Positions 16,724 to 26,718 are shown, counted from the stretch's first letter. The stretch: 64,000 nucleotides of DNA from Patescibacteria group bacterium (GCA_040390725.1 JAZJXT010000003.1:34502-98501); one strand, 5' to 3'. The notes: generated by a model not told the origin, from the letters alone. Program-made: numbers and translations.

Positions 16724-17755
16724 TTAAATTAATTTATTTTGTACATTCTCTGGTAAGTCGAAACCCAAATGTGTGTAAGCTTTTTCTGTGGCGACGCGTC
16801 CGCGGGCGGTGCGTTCGAGTAGTCCGAGTTGTATAAGGTACGGTTCGATGACTTCTTCGACTGTGGCTTCTTCTTCGGAAAGTGCCGCGCAGATTGTTTT
16901 TAATCCTACTGGTCCACCGTTGAATTTTTCAATTAAAACTTCTAAGAATTTTCTATCTGATGCATTCAAACCTATTTCATCTATCGAGAGCATGTCGAGA
17001 GCTTCTTTAACCGTTTTTTTATCCAAGCTTTTTTTGTGTACTTGCGCATAGTCACGAACTCTTTTTAGAAAATAATTCGCAGTACGAGGAGTGAACCTAC
17101 TTCTTTTTGCAATTTCTTTTAATCCTTCTTCTTCGAGTTCCGTTTCTAAAAGCTTGCTTGAACGTTTTACTATTTCCGCAATTTCTTCATTTGAATAAAA
17201 TTCTAATCTGAAAACTCCGCCGGAAAATCGGGAACGAAGAGGGGAGGATATTAATGCCACACGCGTCGTCGCTGCTATCAAAGTAAAAGGAGGCAAGTCG
17301 AGCTGAATAGTTCTTGCCGAAGGGCCCTTGCCTATGATGATATCCAGCACTCCGGACTCCATTGCTGGATAAAGTATTTCCTCCACCATTTTATTTAGTC
17401 TGTGAATTTCGTCTATAAAGATAATATCGCCTGGGGAAAGGTTGGTCAGGATGCTTGCCAAGTCACCGACTTTTTCAATTGCCGGGCCGGAAGTTATTTT
17501 CATTTGTCTGCCAGTTTCTTTGGCTATGAGGTGTGCCAAAGTGGTTTTGCCGAGCCCTGGGGGGCCATAAAAAAGGATGTGTTCGGGTATGTGCCCGCGT
17601 TCTTCCGCAGCTCGTAATAGGATATTTAGGTTGTCTTTTATGTGTTTTTGGCCGATATAGTCGTCCCAACGGCTAGGGCGCAAGGCCTGGTCGAGGATTA
17701 CATCCTCGACTCTTGTTTTCTCTTCTTTGTTTTTGTTGTTATTTTCGCTTGACAT
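16724..17755 (-). CDS. ruvB: Holliday junction branch migration ATPase RuvB
   Basis: LRP, GPPGLGKTTLA, FIDEIHRL, PLRSRF, EPYL. Confidence 0.97.
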   Translation of the reverse strand: MSSENNNKNKEEKTRVEDVILDQALRPSRWDDYIGQKHIKDNLNILLRAAEERGHIPEHILFYGPPGLGKTTLAHLIAKETGRQMKITSGPAIEKVGDLASILTNLSPGDIIFIDEIHRLNKMVEEILYPAMESGVLDIIIGKGPSARTIQLDLPPFTLIAATTRVALISSPLRSRFSGGVFRLEFYSNEEIAEIVKRSSKLLETELEEEGLKEIAKRSRFTPRTANYFLKRVRDYAQVHKKSLDKKTVKEALDMLSIDEIGLNASDRKFLEVLIEKFNGGPVGLKTICAALSEEEATVEEVIEPYLIQLGLLERTARGRVATEKAYTHLGFDLPENVQNKLI

Positions 17756-17867
17756 TTATTTTTAATATGCTATACTCTCCCAAGTGTTCGTTTGGAGCTA
17801 TTCACACAATATCCACATTATAGCATTTACAGGATTTTGAATATAGTATAATAGATAGGTAAGAGAT

Positions 17868-18015
17868 CACTAATCTCTAAGCAATCAGCCCCTGGTTATA
17901 CAGGTTTGCGTAGGACGTCTTGGCACTTTTATTAGTTCGCTGGCACCATCCTTCAAGAATTTGTTACTTTTGAAGCTCAGTTTTAAAAGGATTGTTTAGA
18001 GATTAGTGTTTTTTT
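17868..18015 (+). ncRNA. Putative structured small RNA (~145 nt)
   Basis: 19-bp closing stem CACTAATCTCTAAGCAATC/GATTGTTTAGAGATTAGTG (G-U on +); inner hairpins CCTG/CAGG and CTTCAAGA/TTTTGAAG; 3' T-run; upstream TTGACA-N16-TATACT (17749-17776) and TATAAT (17847-17852). Confidence 0.5.
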
Positions 18016-18020
18016 ATTTT

Positions 18021-18103
18021 TAGGAACTTAATTATGAAAAATTTTCTGGCGGACAAAACGGGGCCAGTGCCCGCAGGCGAAAATCTTTATAATTAAGTTC
18101 CTA
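18021..18103. repeat. Palindromic REP/MITE-like element at the pilB-like gene 3' end
   Basis: TAGGAACTTAATTAT/ATAATTAAGTTCCTA arms around a GC-rich core. Confidence 0.55.
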
Positions 18104-19801
18104 CTCTTCATTCAAGTCCACCACGCTCTGCACTTCATCAATAGAAGTAACTCCGTTTATTATTTTTACTACACCGTCTTGGCGCATTGAGAGGATGCCT
18201 TGATGTGAAGCTATTTTTTTAATTTCTCGCTCGCTAGGATTTTGCGGAATTATTTTTTCAATAGCTTCATCTGTTTTGATCGCTTCGAAAATTCCCATTC
18301 GTCCTTTGTACCCGGTCATGTTACATTTTTCACAACCGACAGCCGAGAACATTTTTATCGGAGCATTAGGATCTATATTATATTTTGATAAATCTTTTCC
18401 TTCATTTTTTATACTGTCCATAACTATTTTTAAAGTTTTAACTTCTTCTTCTGTCGGAGCTTTTTCTTTTTTACAGAATTGGCAAAGCTTGCGCACTAGG
18501 CGTTGAGCTATGGATAGAGTCAAAGCGGAAACCATAATTTTTGGATTGACTTCAAGATCGATAAGGCGAGGGATAACACCGGCCGCATTGTTTGTGTGAA
18601 GAGTGGAAAAAACCAAGTGTCCGGTCAAAGCAGATTCTACGGCTATTTTTGCTGTTTCTGCATCACGTATTTCTCCCACCATCACTACATCAGGGTCTTG
18701 GCGGAGTGCGCTACGCAAACCTTCCAAAAATGTGTATCCTTTTTCAGAATCTGTTTGTGTTTGTGTTATTCCCGTTAAATGATATTCTATCGGGTCTTCG
18801 ATAGTTATGATTTTTATTTCAGAAGAATATATTTTATTTAAAAATGCGTAAAGCGTGGTGGTTTTACCGGACCCAGTCGGACCGGTGACCAATATCATGC
18901 CATTTGGTTTTTTGATTTCGGCTTCGATTATTGCAAAGAGAGAATTTTCTATTCCCATGTCTTCGAGTTTTACTTGGATGGATTTTGGATCCAAGATACG
19001 CATCACCATTGATTCCCCATATGCACCCGGGATGAGTGAAGTACGAATACTTATTTCTTCTTTTTCTTCCATAATACTAAACCTTCCGTCTTGGGCTGTC
19101 CTTGATGTCAGTTTCATTCCCGAAAGAAGTTTTATGCGGGAATTTAATAAATGATAAATACTTAAATCAAAAAACATTACGTCTTGGAGTACTCCGTCCA
19201 GGCGGAGTCGTAGTCTTCCGCGATCTTTTTCTGGTTCGATGTGTATATCAGAAGCTTGTATCGCTATAGCTCCAGCAAGAATTATTTCAAGAATATGAGA
19301 AATTTTATGAACTTGAGCACCCTCTATTGCTCCCGTTATTAATTTTTCTATATCTTGCATTTTTCCAATATTTTTTGCAGTCTCTTTCAAGATGTCACCG
19401 GAGATGTCTATTCCTCCGACTTTGGAACTTTCTGCCAGTGAGATTTCCCCATATCTTTCCCAGACTTTATTTAGGCTCGCTGTTGATGCCATATAAAAAA
19501 CAGGGATTAAATTTTCTCTTTCTACTTGATCTTTTACCTTACCTGTAAGTTCTTCGGATGGTGAACGCATTGCGATGGAGACTTTTTTCCCGGAAAGTTT
19601 AAATGGCGCGACCTTCATTTCACGCGCTTCTTTTTCAGGTATTGCTCGAAGTGCCTCATTGTCTACCCCTAGGCGGGTGAGGTTGATATATGGCAGGCCG
19701 TATTTTGATTCTGCTAACGTTGCTACCAGTTCTTCTTCTTCTTGTTTATGCAGATCTTCCAGGTCTTTATTTTCTTTTTCTTCATCAAACTGTTGAATCA
19801 T
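18101..19801 (-). CDS. Type IV pilus / T2SS assembly ATPase (PilB/GspE family)
   Basis: ASDIHIEP, QDGR, GPTGSGKTTTLY, TIEDPIEY, LRQDPD, TGHLVFSTLHTN, CxxC...CxxC-GYKGR. Confidence 0.93.
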   Translation of the reverse strand: MIQQFDEEKENKDLEDLHKQEEEELVATLAESKYGLPYINLTRLGVDNEALRAIPEKEAREMKVAPFKLSGKKVSIAMRSPSEELTGKVKDQVERENLIPVFYMASTASLNKVWERYGEISLAESSKVGGIDISGDILKETAKNIGKMQDIEKLITGAIEGAQVHKISHILEIILAGAIAIQASDIHIEPEKDRGRLRLRLDGVLQDVMFFDLSIYHLLNSRIKLLSGMKLTSRTAQDGRFSIMEEKEEISIRTSLIPGAYGESMVMRILDPKSIQVKLEDMGIENSLFAIIEAEIKKPNGMILVTGPTGSGKTTTLYAFLNKIYSSEIKIITIEDPIEYHLTGITQTQTDSEKGYTFLEGLRSALRQDPDVVMVGEIRDAETAKIAVESALTGHLVFSTLHTNNAAGVIPRLIDLEVNPKIMVSALTLSIAQRLVRKLCQFCKKEKAPTEEEVKTLKIVMDSIKNEGKDLSKYNIDPNAPIKMFSAVGCEKCNMTGYKGRMGIFEAIKTDEAIEKIIPQNPSEREIKKIASHQGILSMRQDGVVKIINGVTSIDEVQSVVDLNEE

Positions 19802-19864
19802 AATTTAAAATTATAGCTTATTTTTTACATAAATAATAGGGGGTCTTTATGTTATAATTTTGTT

Positions 19865-22321
19865 ATGGAAAAAGGAAAAATAAAGACTTTAGTTTTGCTT
19901 GACTCACATGCGATAATACACCGTGCTTATCATGCGTTGCCTGAGTTTTTGTCGTCGAAAGGCGAGCCGACTGGAGCTTTGTACGGGCTTTCGACGATGA
20001 TAATGAAAATTATTTCTGACTTAAAGCCGGATTATATTGTGGCTTGTTATGACCTTCCGCAGAAAACTTTTCGCCATGAGGCATACGAAGCATATAAAGG
20101 TGGCAGAGCAAAAACAGATGACGCACTTATTTTACAATTAAAACAATCTCGCGCGATTTTCGAAGCATTCAATATTCCCATTTATGATGCGCCGGGTTTT
20201 GAAGCTGATGATATTTTAGGGACTATTGCGGAACAGTTTAAAAAAGAAAAAAATATAAAAATAATTATCGCATCGGGTGATATGGATACGATGCAATTGA
20301 TTGATGACAAAAAAGTGCAAGTGTATACTTTGAAAAAAGGAATCAATGATACTATTTTATATGATGAAGATGCAGTCGTTGCGCGTTTTGGTTTTGTGCC
20401 AAAACTTTTACCGGATTATAAAGGTTTGCGTGGTGACCCGTCGGATAATATTATTGGCATCAAGGGCATTGGTGAAAAAACTGCGACGGATTTAATAAAA
20501 ACTTTTGGCACGATAGAAGATATTTATAAAAAGATTAAAAAAGATCCTGAGAGTTTTGTGAAAGCGGGCATCAAGCCTCGAATGGTGGAGCTTATAAAAA
20601 ATAATGAAGAAGAGGCATTGTTCTCGAAAGTTTTGGCGACGATACGCAAAGACGCGCCGATTGATTTTAAATTGCCAGAGAAAACTTTTTGGGAAAATGC
20701 GGATTTGAAAAAAATTGAGAAAATGTTTATGGAATTCGAATTCCGAAGTTTATTTACAAGATTAAAAAACTTTTTTAGTGGGGGTCAGCCGGAGAATCCT
20801 GAAAATTTTCAAAATAATCAGAATCCACCTGAGCATGCTCTCCAGAATTCGCACTCTGTCTTGGAAGGGCAAGGTCTTTCTGTTCGTAGCGAAGATTCCT
20901 CCAAGCATACTCAGGTAGATTCTGTGAAACTTCAAGAAGCTAGCATAGCCTTGTGGCTCATCAATTCTGATATGGCGAATCCGAAATTAGAAGATATTTT
21001 AATGTTTGCGAAGACGGACGACTTTGAAAAAGCGTATGAATATATTTTTAAGAAAATAAAAGAAGATAATTTAACTTTAGTATATGAAGAGGTGGAAAAG
21101 CCGATAATGCATATAGTAAAAGAGATGCAGGATTACGGTATTTTGATTGATCAAAAATATTTTGAAAATTTATCGGCAGAATATCATAAAGAGCTTGATA
21201 AATTAACAAAAAAAATATACGAAATGGCGGGAACGGAATTTAATATTAATTCCCCGAAACAATTAGGCGAAGTTCTTTTTGTGAAGCTCGGTCTTAAAAC
21301 AAAAAAGAAAAATGCGAGCGGGAAATTTTCTACAAATATTTCCGTATTGGAAGAACTTGAAGAAGAAAATTTAATAATTTCTGAAATTATGGCATACAGA
21401 GAATTACAGAAATTGCTCTCTACTTATATTGATGTGATTCCAAAAATGGTAGGAGAGGACGGCAGACTGCATGCGAAGTTTTTACAAAATGGCACGACGA
21501 CAGGCAGGTTTTCTTCACAAGATCCAAACCTTCAAAACTTGCCGACTAAGACGGAATTAGGAAAAAGAATTCGCAATGGTTTTGTGGCGCAAAAAGGATA
21601 CAAGCTTTCCGCTTTTGATTATAGTCAAATAGAACTCCGCGTTTGCGCTTTGCTTTCTGGTGATAAAAAAATGACGGATATTTTCCGTGAAGGCAAAGAC
21701 ATTCATGCGGGTGTTGCTTCATTTGTTTTCGGTGTTCCACAAGAAAAGGTGGACAGTGAAATGCGACGAAAAGCGAAAGTTATAAATTTTGGAATTATTT
21801 ACGGTATGGGAGTTTCCGCTTTAAAGAAAAATCTTGGAGGTACTCGCGAAGAAGCGCAAAAGTTTTACGATAATTATTTCTCTCAATTTTCTCGTATCAA
21901 AGAATATTTAGATAGTGTAAAAGAATTTGCAGTGAAGCATGGTTATACAGAAACTTTATTTGGTAGGCGTAGGCGTTTCCCAAATATAAATTCTAGAATT
22001 CCATTTTTAAAAAGTATGGCAGAGCGTACTGCTATCAATGCACCTATACAGGGAACAGCCACTGCCGATATTATTAAGCTTGCCATCAGATATGCCGAAG
22101 AAGATTTAAAAAAAGCCGAACTTCTCGACCGAGCGCATTTAGTCCTCCAAATTCACGATGAACTGGTGTATGAAATAAAAGAAGACATTCTCGATGAAGC
22201 GGAAAAAATAATAAAAAATGCGATGGAAAGCGTCCTCGCTCGCTCATTCCTCCACTATAAAACCGACATTCCCCTAGAAGTCCACTTTGGCCACGGCGAC
22301 CATTTCGGGAATGTAAAATAG
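19865..22321 (+). CDS. polA: DNA polymerase I (5'-3' exonuclease + polymerase; 3'-5' exonuclease domain largely absent)
   Basis: RAYHA, EADD, GDPSDNI, TGRFSS..PNLQN, DYSQIELR, KVINFGIIYG, QIHDEL. Confidence 0.96.
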   Translation: MEKGKIKTLVLLDSHAIIHRAYHALPEFLSSKGEPTGALYGLSTMIMKIISDLKPDYIVACYDLPQKTFRHEAYEAYKGGRAKTDDALILQLKQSRAIFEAFNIPIYDAPGFEADDILGTIAEQFKKEKNIKIIIASGDMDTMQLIDDKKVQVYTLKKGINDTILYDEDAVVARFGFVPKLLPDYKGLRGDPSDNIIGIKGIGEKTATDLIKTFGTIEDIYKKIKKDPESFVKAGIKPRMVELIKNNEEEALFSKVLATIRKDAPIDFKLPEKTFWENADLKKIEKMFMEFEFRSLFTRLKNFFSGGQPENPENFQNNQNPPEHALQNSHSVLEGQGLSVRSEDSSKHTQVDSVKLQEASIALWLINSDMANPKLEDILMFAKTDDFEKAYEYIFKKIKEDNLTLVYEEVEKPIMHIVKEMQDYGILIDQKYFENLSAEYHKELDKLTKKIYEMAGTEFNINSPKQLGEVLFVKLGLKTKKKNASGKFSTNISVLEELEEENLIISEIMAYRELQKLLSTYIDVIPKMVGEDGRLHAKFLQNGTTTGRFSSQDPNLQNLPTKTELGKRIRNGFVAQKGYKLSAFDYSQIELRVCALLSGDKKMTDIFREGKDIHAGVASFVFGVPQEKVDSEMRRKAKVINFGIIYGMGVSALKKNLGGTREEAQKFYDNYFSQFSRIKEYLDSVKEFAVKHGYTETLFGRRRRFPNINSRIPFLKSMAERTAINAPIQGTATADIIKLAIRYAEEDLKKAELLDRAHLVLQIHDELVYEIKEDILDEAEKIIKNAMESVLARSFLHYKTDIPLEVHFGHGDHFGNVK
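20819..20924. repeat. In-frame palindromic insertion inside the polA linker
   Basis: CAGAATCCACCTGAGCATGCT / AGCATACTCAGGTAGATTCTG, 19 of 21 positions pair. Confidence 0.65.
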
Positions 22322-22352
22322 GCTTATTTTATAAGGATTCCTAGTATTTTAC

Positions 22353-22381
22353 TTGACTTTAAGGTTTAAAAGTGCTACACT
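22353..22381 (+). promoter_or_regulatory. sigma70 promoter
   Basis: TTGACT-N17-TACACT with extended TG. Confidence 0.65.
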
Positions 22382-22465
22382 TTATACAGGGTTAATAGGC
22401 ATAGTTTTTGAGTTTAGGCTTTGAAAAATTACTTATTATCTTTTGTTCTTCTTAAAAAAGAAAGT

Positions 22466-22951
22466 ATGAGGAATATAAAGAAAGTCCGTAGGGAACTCGA
22501 TGTTCCTCGGCATGTGGCAATTATTGCTACCAGGTTGGGAATAAAATTTCAACCAAATTCTGGGAGCTCAATGTATAAGTTGCCTCCTAAGGAAAAAATA
22601 ATTCCAGGTCAGGAAGATTGGAATTGCCCCTTTGGTACTCTTCGTTTGAGTGATCACTGGGGAATATTAAAATGTTCTTGTTATGAAGAACAAAATAGTG
22701 GTGAGTGCAATTGTCCAATTGTTTTTCAAACGGACGTGCCTGTCCCAACAGGAAGTTGGGTTTTAGCCGTCAATAATGACGGTTGGAAGGTTGTACATAT
22801 CTTTCAATTAAAAAAAAGTAATATAATATATTCTCTTGATTTTAATAAAATAAAATTTGAAGTAGAGAAAGCATGTTATATGAATGAGGCTATGGTCATC
22901 AAACCGAATCAGCATGGACAATTATCAATCCTTTTACGGGATTTGATTTAG
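22466..22951 (+). CDS. Hypothetical protein with RLSDHW motif
   Basis: 161-aa ORF; SSMY...W..P.GTLRLSDHW plus several Cys. Confidence 0.65.
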   Translation: MRNIKKVRRELDVPRHVAIIATRLGIKFQPNSGSSMYKLPPKEKIIPGQEDWNCPFGTLRLSDHWGILKCSCYEEQNSGECNCPIVFQTDVPVPTGSWVLAVNNDGWKVVHIFQLKKSNIIYSLDFNKIKFEVEKACYMNEAMVIKPNQHGQLSILLRDLI

Positions 22952-23222
22952 TCACATGTAGCCGTAAATTGAAGACAGAAACAATACAGACAATTACCCA
23001 CCAAAGATGCATTGGGTGGATCTGCTCACAGGTTGAGCAGCCCCACGGATTGTCCCTGCACCGCGCAGGCGTTATTCAATAAGATGACAAGTGTGTTTTG
23101 AGTATGGATTAAGTTCATGCTCTAACACAAAGTAATTAAAAAAAATGTCGTGGAAATCCCAATTTTGTGGGGGAATTACGACCAATCATGACAGGTTCCA
23201 ATGGGGCCTGTCATATTTTTTT
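22952..23222 (+). ncRNA. Putative structured RNA downstream of orphan ORF, ending in an intrinsic terminator
   Basis: Stems GACAAT/ATTGTC enclosing CCACC/GGTGG and CTGCTCA/TGAGCAG; CCTGC/GCAGG; TGTGTT..GAGTATGGA/TTCATGCTC..AACACA; GTCGTGG/TTACGAC; terminator ATGACAGGTTCC/GGGGCCTGTCAT + T-run. Confidence 0.55.
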
Positions 23223-23238
23223 GTGCTATAATAATCAA

Positions 23239-23688
23239 ATGGAAAAGAAGAACTCACATCACAAGGTCATGGCGCATTCTTATGTCTTTTATTTTGTTTT
23301 GTTTTTGTTGGGTATTTTTATGGACTTGGTTTTTCCTATGAAGATTTTTAAGCACGATTCACTCATATCAGTAGGTGTAGTAGTTTTAGTACTTGCCACT
23401 ATTTTAATACTTTGGGAACAAAAAACTGCCAGAAAACTAAGCAAGGAAAATATAAATAAAGAATCTTTTTTACACGGACCTTATAGATACACCAGCAGTC
23501 CGGCGCACTTAGGGCTTTTTCTTTTAATGTTTGGTTTCGGCATGATCGTGAATGGATTTTTTATAATGTTATTTTCTGTAATTTCATTTGTAATTTCTAA
23601 ATTTTCTTTTATTAAAAAAACGGAAAAAATGCTAGTTGAAAAATACGGCGAACATTATGCCGAATATAAAAAGTCAGTTAAATTTTAA
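23239..23688 (+). CDS. Isoprenylcysteine carboxyl methyltransferase / PEMT family membrane protein
   Basis: Multi-TM; GPYRYTSSP; E..L..KYGEHYAEYKK. Confidence 0.75.
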   Translation: MEKKNSHHKVMAHSYVFYFVLFLLGIFMDLVFPMKIFKHDSLISVGVVVLVLATILILWEQKTARKLSKENINKESFLHGPYRYTSSPAHLGLFLLMFGFGMIVNGFFIMLFSVISFVISKFSFIKKTEKMLVEKYGEHYAEYKKSVKF

Positions 23689-23691
23689 TTT

Positions 23692-24336
23692 ATGATTTAT
23701 CTTTTTTCCGGAGACGATGCAAAAAATAAAAGACTTGCGTACGATAAATTCTTAAAACAATACAAAGATATTGAAATTTTCTATATAAACAAAAGCGATT
23801 TTAATGAAATGCAAATAGAAAGTTTTTATTCCGGCGCGGGGCTTTTTTTCTCGAAATGCTTGGTTGTTTTTAACAATGTTTTTGAAAAAGAAGAAATACA
23901 AGATTTTATTTTAGATAAACTTGATTTGATAAAAGAGTCAGCTAATGACTTTGTTTTTTTGGAAGGGAAATTAAACAAGCCTGTTTTAGACGCTTTTAAA
24001 AAAGCTCGCGCAGAATTGAATATTTTTGAGTTATCAAAACAAGCCAAAGAAAAATACGACAATTTTATTTTAGCTGATGATTTTTACCGGAAAGATAAAT
24101 TGAATTTATGGATACATTTCCGGCAAGCGATGGACGTGGGGGTAGGAATGGAGGAGCTCATAGGAGTATTGTTTTGGAAGGCTAAAGATATGCTTTTAAA
24201 AAAGAATTTAGGCAAATTCTCCGAAACAGAATTAAAAAACTTCGCATCTAAAATATCATACCTTCTGCCTGAGGCTAGAAAGTATGGCAAAGATGACGAG
24301 TCTGTTTTCGAGCAGTTTTTATTAGAAGCTTTTTAA
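23692..24336 (+). CDS. holA: DNA polymerase III delta subunit-like protein
   Basis: MIYLFSGDD N-terminus, GLFF..CLVV; short divergent form. Confidence 0.55.
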   Translation: MIYLFSGDDAKNKRLAYDKFLKQYKDIEIFYINKSDFNEMQIESFYSGAGLFFSKCLVVFNNVFEKEEIQDFILDKLDLIKESANDFVFLEGKLNKPVLDAFKKARAELNIFELSKQAKEKYDNFILADDFYRKDKLNLWIHFRQAMDVGVGMEELIGVLFWKAKDMLLKKNLGKFSETELKNFASKISYLLPEARKYGKDDESVFEQFLLEAF

Positions 24337-25001
24337 TCTTCATTTTTTAAATTAGATTTTTGATGGAGTTCGGAGAAGAGGAGGACGGATTGGCTGAAAT
24401 CTTTTTCAGCTATGACGAAAATGAGCTCGGTGTAAGTCGAGACTATTTCAGTGATGTTTATGCGGGCTTTTGCCAGTACGGAAAGCAGGGAAAAAATAGT
24501 ATTTGGTTCACTAAATTGTTCTGTGTTGAAAGACACACCCACAGCAGCTAGATTATTTATGGTAAGTTTTGGTTTTACCTTGAAATATTTAATAATTTTT
24601 CCGGCAATATTGGATGAGCATACTATAGTGAGTTCAGCCGTGCCGATAGTAGTGGTAAAAAAATCTTCGCGCGTAATAGAAATGTTTTTATGCAATGCCT
24701 CGAGTTTTTCTATTATTTGATTTGTATTTTCATAAACAATTTCTGATAGGGGAAGCTTGGTTGTGATATTGGTAATAGGCACAGCATGAATGAGAGGTTT
24801 TGTTTTTTTGAATTCTTTGCGTAGGCGCGAAAGGGAAACGACCAAGCTCGTAATAGTAGTTTGTTTTTTAGCGCGAGCTTGCACCAGGGGACGAATGCGA
24901 TAAGCATAACTGCTCATATTCATATAGCCCTCAGTGAGGGAAGTGTAAGCTTCTGGTTCGCCCAATACTATATCTCGCACAATTGGTTGTATTTTGATCA
25001 T
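24333..25001 (-). CDS. ACT-domain regulatory protein
   Basis: C-terminal INITEIVSTYTELIFVI ACT signature; divergent from lysA. Confidence 0.7.
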   Translation of the reverse strand: MIKIQPIVRDIVLGEPEAYTSLTEGYMNMSSYAYRIRPLVQARAKKQTTITSLVVSLSRLRKEFKKTKPLIHAVPITNITTKLPLSEIVYENTNQIIEKLEALHKNISITREDFFTTTIGTAELTIVCSSNIAGKIIKYFKVKPKLTINNLAAVGVSFNTEQFSEPNTIFSLLSVLAKARINITEIVSTYTELIFVIAEKDFSQSVLLFSELHQKSNLKNED

Positions 25002-25094
25002 ATTATTATTCTAACAGATTTTACAAAATGTCGCAAATATTAAGATAATGTTAAAAAACTTCACTTTATCTTGTGTTTCTTTTATTATGCAAAA

Positions 25095-26339
25095 ATGGAT
25101 AATAATTTTATATATAAAAATAATAAACTTTACTGCGAACAAGTGCCGATAAAAACTTTAGCCGAAAAATTCGGTACCCCTTTGTATTTGATGAGCTCGA
25201 ATAGTATGCAAAATCAATATGATTATTTTGAAAAGGCTTTTTCAAAGCTTAATCATTTGACGTGTTATGCAGTAAAGGCGAATTTTAATCTTTCAGTTAT
25301 TAATTTATTTGCGCGTGCTGGCAGTGGGGCGGATGTAGGCTCAAGGGGTGAGCTTTTTAGAGCCTTAAAGGCAGGGATTCCTTCGGAGAAAATAGTTATG
25401 TCTGGAGTGGGGAAAAGTCATGCTGATATAGAGCATGCGATAAAAAGTAAAATTTTGTTATTGAGTACTGAATCACTTTCTGAATTAAAATATATTAACC
25501 AAATTGCAAAAAAATTAAATACTGTTGTGGATATTACTGTGCGGGTGAATCCTTCCGTAAAGGCTTTGACGCATGCACATATTTCTACCGGCGGGCATAT
25601 ACATAAGTTCGGCATAGATGAGGTTTTACTGCCGGAAGTTTTTCGCTTGGCAAAAAGTTTATATAATATAAAAATAGTTGGACTTGATGTTCATATCGGG
25701 TCTCAGTTAAACAGTACGGCACCTTATATAAAAACTATTAAAAAACTTCTCGTAATAAAAAAGAATTTTGAAGATCATGGCTTTAATATTAAATATCTGG
25801 ATCTAGGCGGAGGGTTTCCCGTCACTTATGATCCATCAAAGCCTAAAAAGGATTTGAAAGTTTTTGCAGATACCATTATCCCACTTTTGCAAAATTGCGG
25901 AGCGAAAATTATTTTTGAACCTGGCAGGTATTTCGTCGCCAATGCCGGGGTGTTGATTACTCAAGTTTTATATTTAAAAGAAAATAGCAGTGGCAAGAAA
26001 TTCGTGATAGTAGATGCAGGTATGAGCGAGCTTATTCGCCCGGTTCTTTATGATGCGTATCATCATATTATTTCAGTAAATTATTCTAGTAAAAAAATAG
26101 TTGCAGATGTCGTTGGTCCTATTTGTGAATCTGCAGATTTTTTTGCGAAAGACCGAGAGATGCAGACTGTGAGAGAAAAAGATTATTTAGTAGTACTTTC
26201 CACCGGGGCATATGGAGGAGTTATGGGCAGTAATTATAACGGACGTCTTCGTCCGACGGAAGTTTTAATTGACGGCAAGAATTTTAAGGTAATTAGAAAA
26301 AGGGAAACACTGGAACAATTTATTCAAAATGAAATTTAA
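25095..26339 (+). CDS. lysA: Diaminopimelate decarboxylase
   Basis: FGTPLY, YAVKAN, HIGSQ, DLGGG, EPGR, GPICESAD, GAYG..MGSNYN. Confidence 0.95.
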   Translation: MDNNFIYKNNKLYCEQVPIKTLAEKFGTPLYLMSSNSMQNQYDYFEKAFSKLNHLTCYAVKANFNLSVINLFARAGSGADVGSRGELFRALKAGIPSEKIVMSGVGKSHADIEHAIKSKILLLSTESLSELKYINQIAKKLNTVVDITVRVNPSVKALTHAHISTGGHIHKFGIDEVLLPEVFRLAKSLYNIKIVGLDVHIGSQLNSTAPYIKTIKKLLVIKKNFEDHGFNIKYLDLGGGFPVTYDPSKPKKDLKVFADTIIPLLQNCGAKIIFEPGRYFVANAGVLITQVLYLKENSSGKKFVIVDAGMSELIRPVLYDAYHHIISVNYSSKKIVADVVGPICESADFFAKDREMQTVREKDYLVVLSTGAYGGVMGSNYNGRLRPTEVLIDGKNFKVIRKRETLEQFIQNEI

Positions 26340-26459
26340 CAGATTTAACAAATAGTTAAAAATACAAGGTGAATATTAAAAAACTTAACTTTCTAAAACA
26401 AAGAAGGTATTGTATAGGTTGATAAATTAGTTTTTTTATACACATTTACCCTCATTGAT

Positions 26460-26657
26460 ATGATCTCAGAAGAAAGAAAAGAAGCCATAAGTGAATTGGC
26501 TAAAGCTGAGCTTGCCAGAAGAGACAAGCAAAATTCCAATGACTTTCACAGAAGTCAATTAGATGCACAGACTGCGTTGGCCAAATTGGTCAATCAAGAA
26601 GAAAAAGATTTTTATCAGGAACAACTTTGTTCTCAAAGAACGCCTGACGGGTGCTAA
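26460..26657 (+). CDS. Small hypothetical protein
   Basis: 65-aa helical ORF followed by a terminator. Confidence 0.5.
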   Translation: MISEERKEAISELAKAELARRDKQNSNDFHRSQLDAQTALAKLVNQEEKDFYQEQLCSQRTPDGC

Positions 26658-26678
26658 AATCATCCACCATTAAAATAT

Positions 26679-26708
26679 TGCCCAACAAAATAGTTGGGCA
26701 CTTTTTTT
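26679..26708 (+). terminator. Intrinsic terminator
   Basis: TGCCCAAC-N6-GTTGGGCA + T-run. Confidence 0.75.
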
Positions 26709-26718
26709 GTTAATTCTG

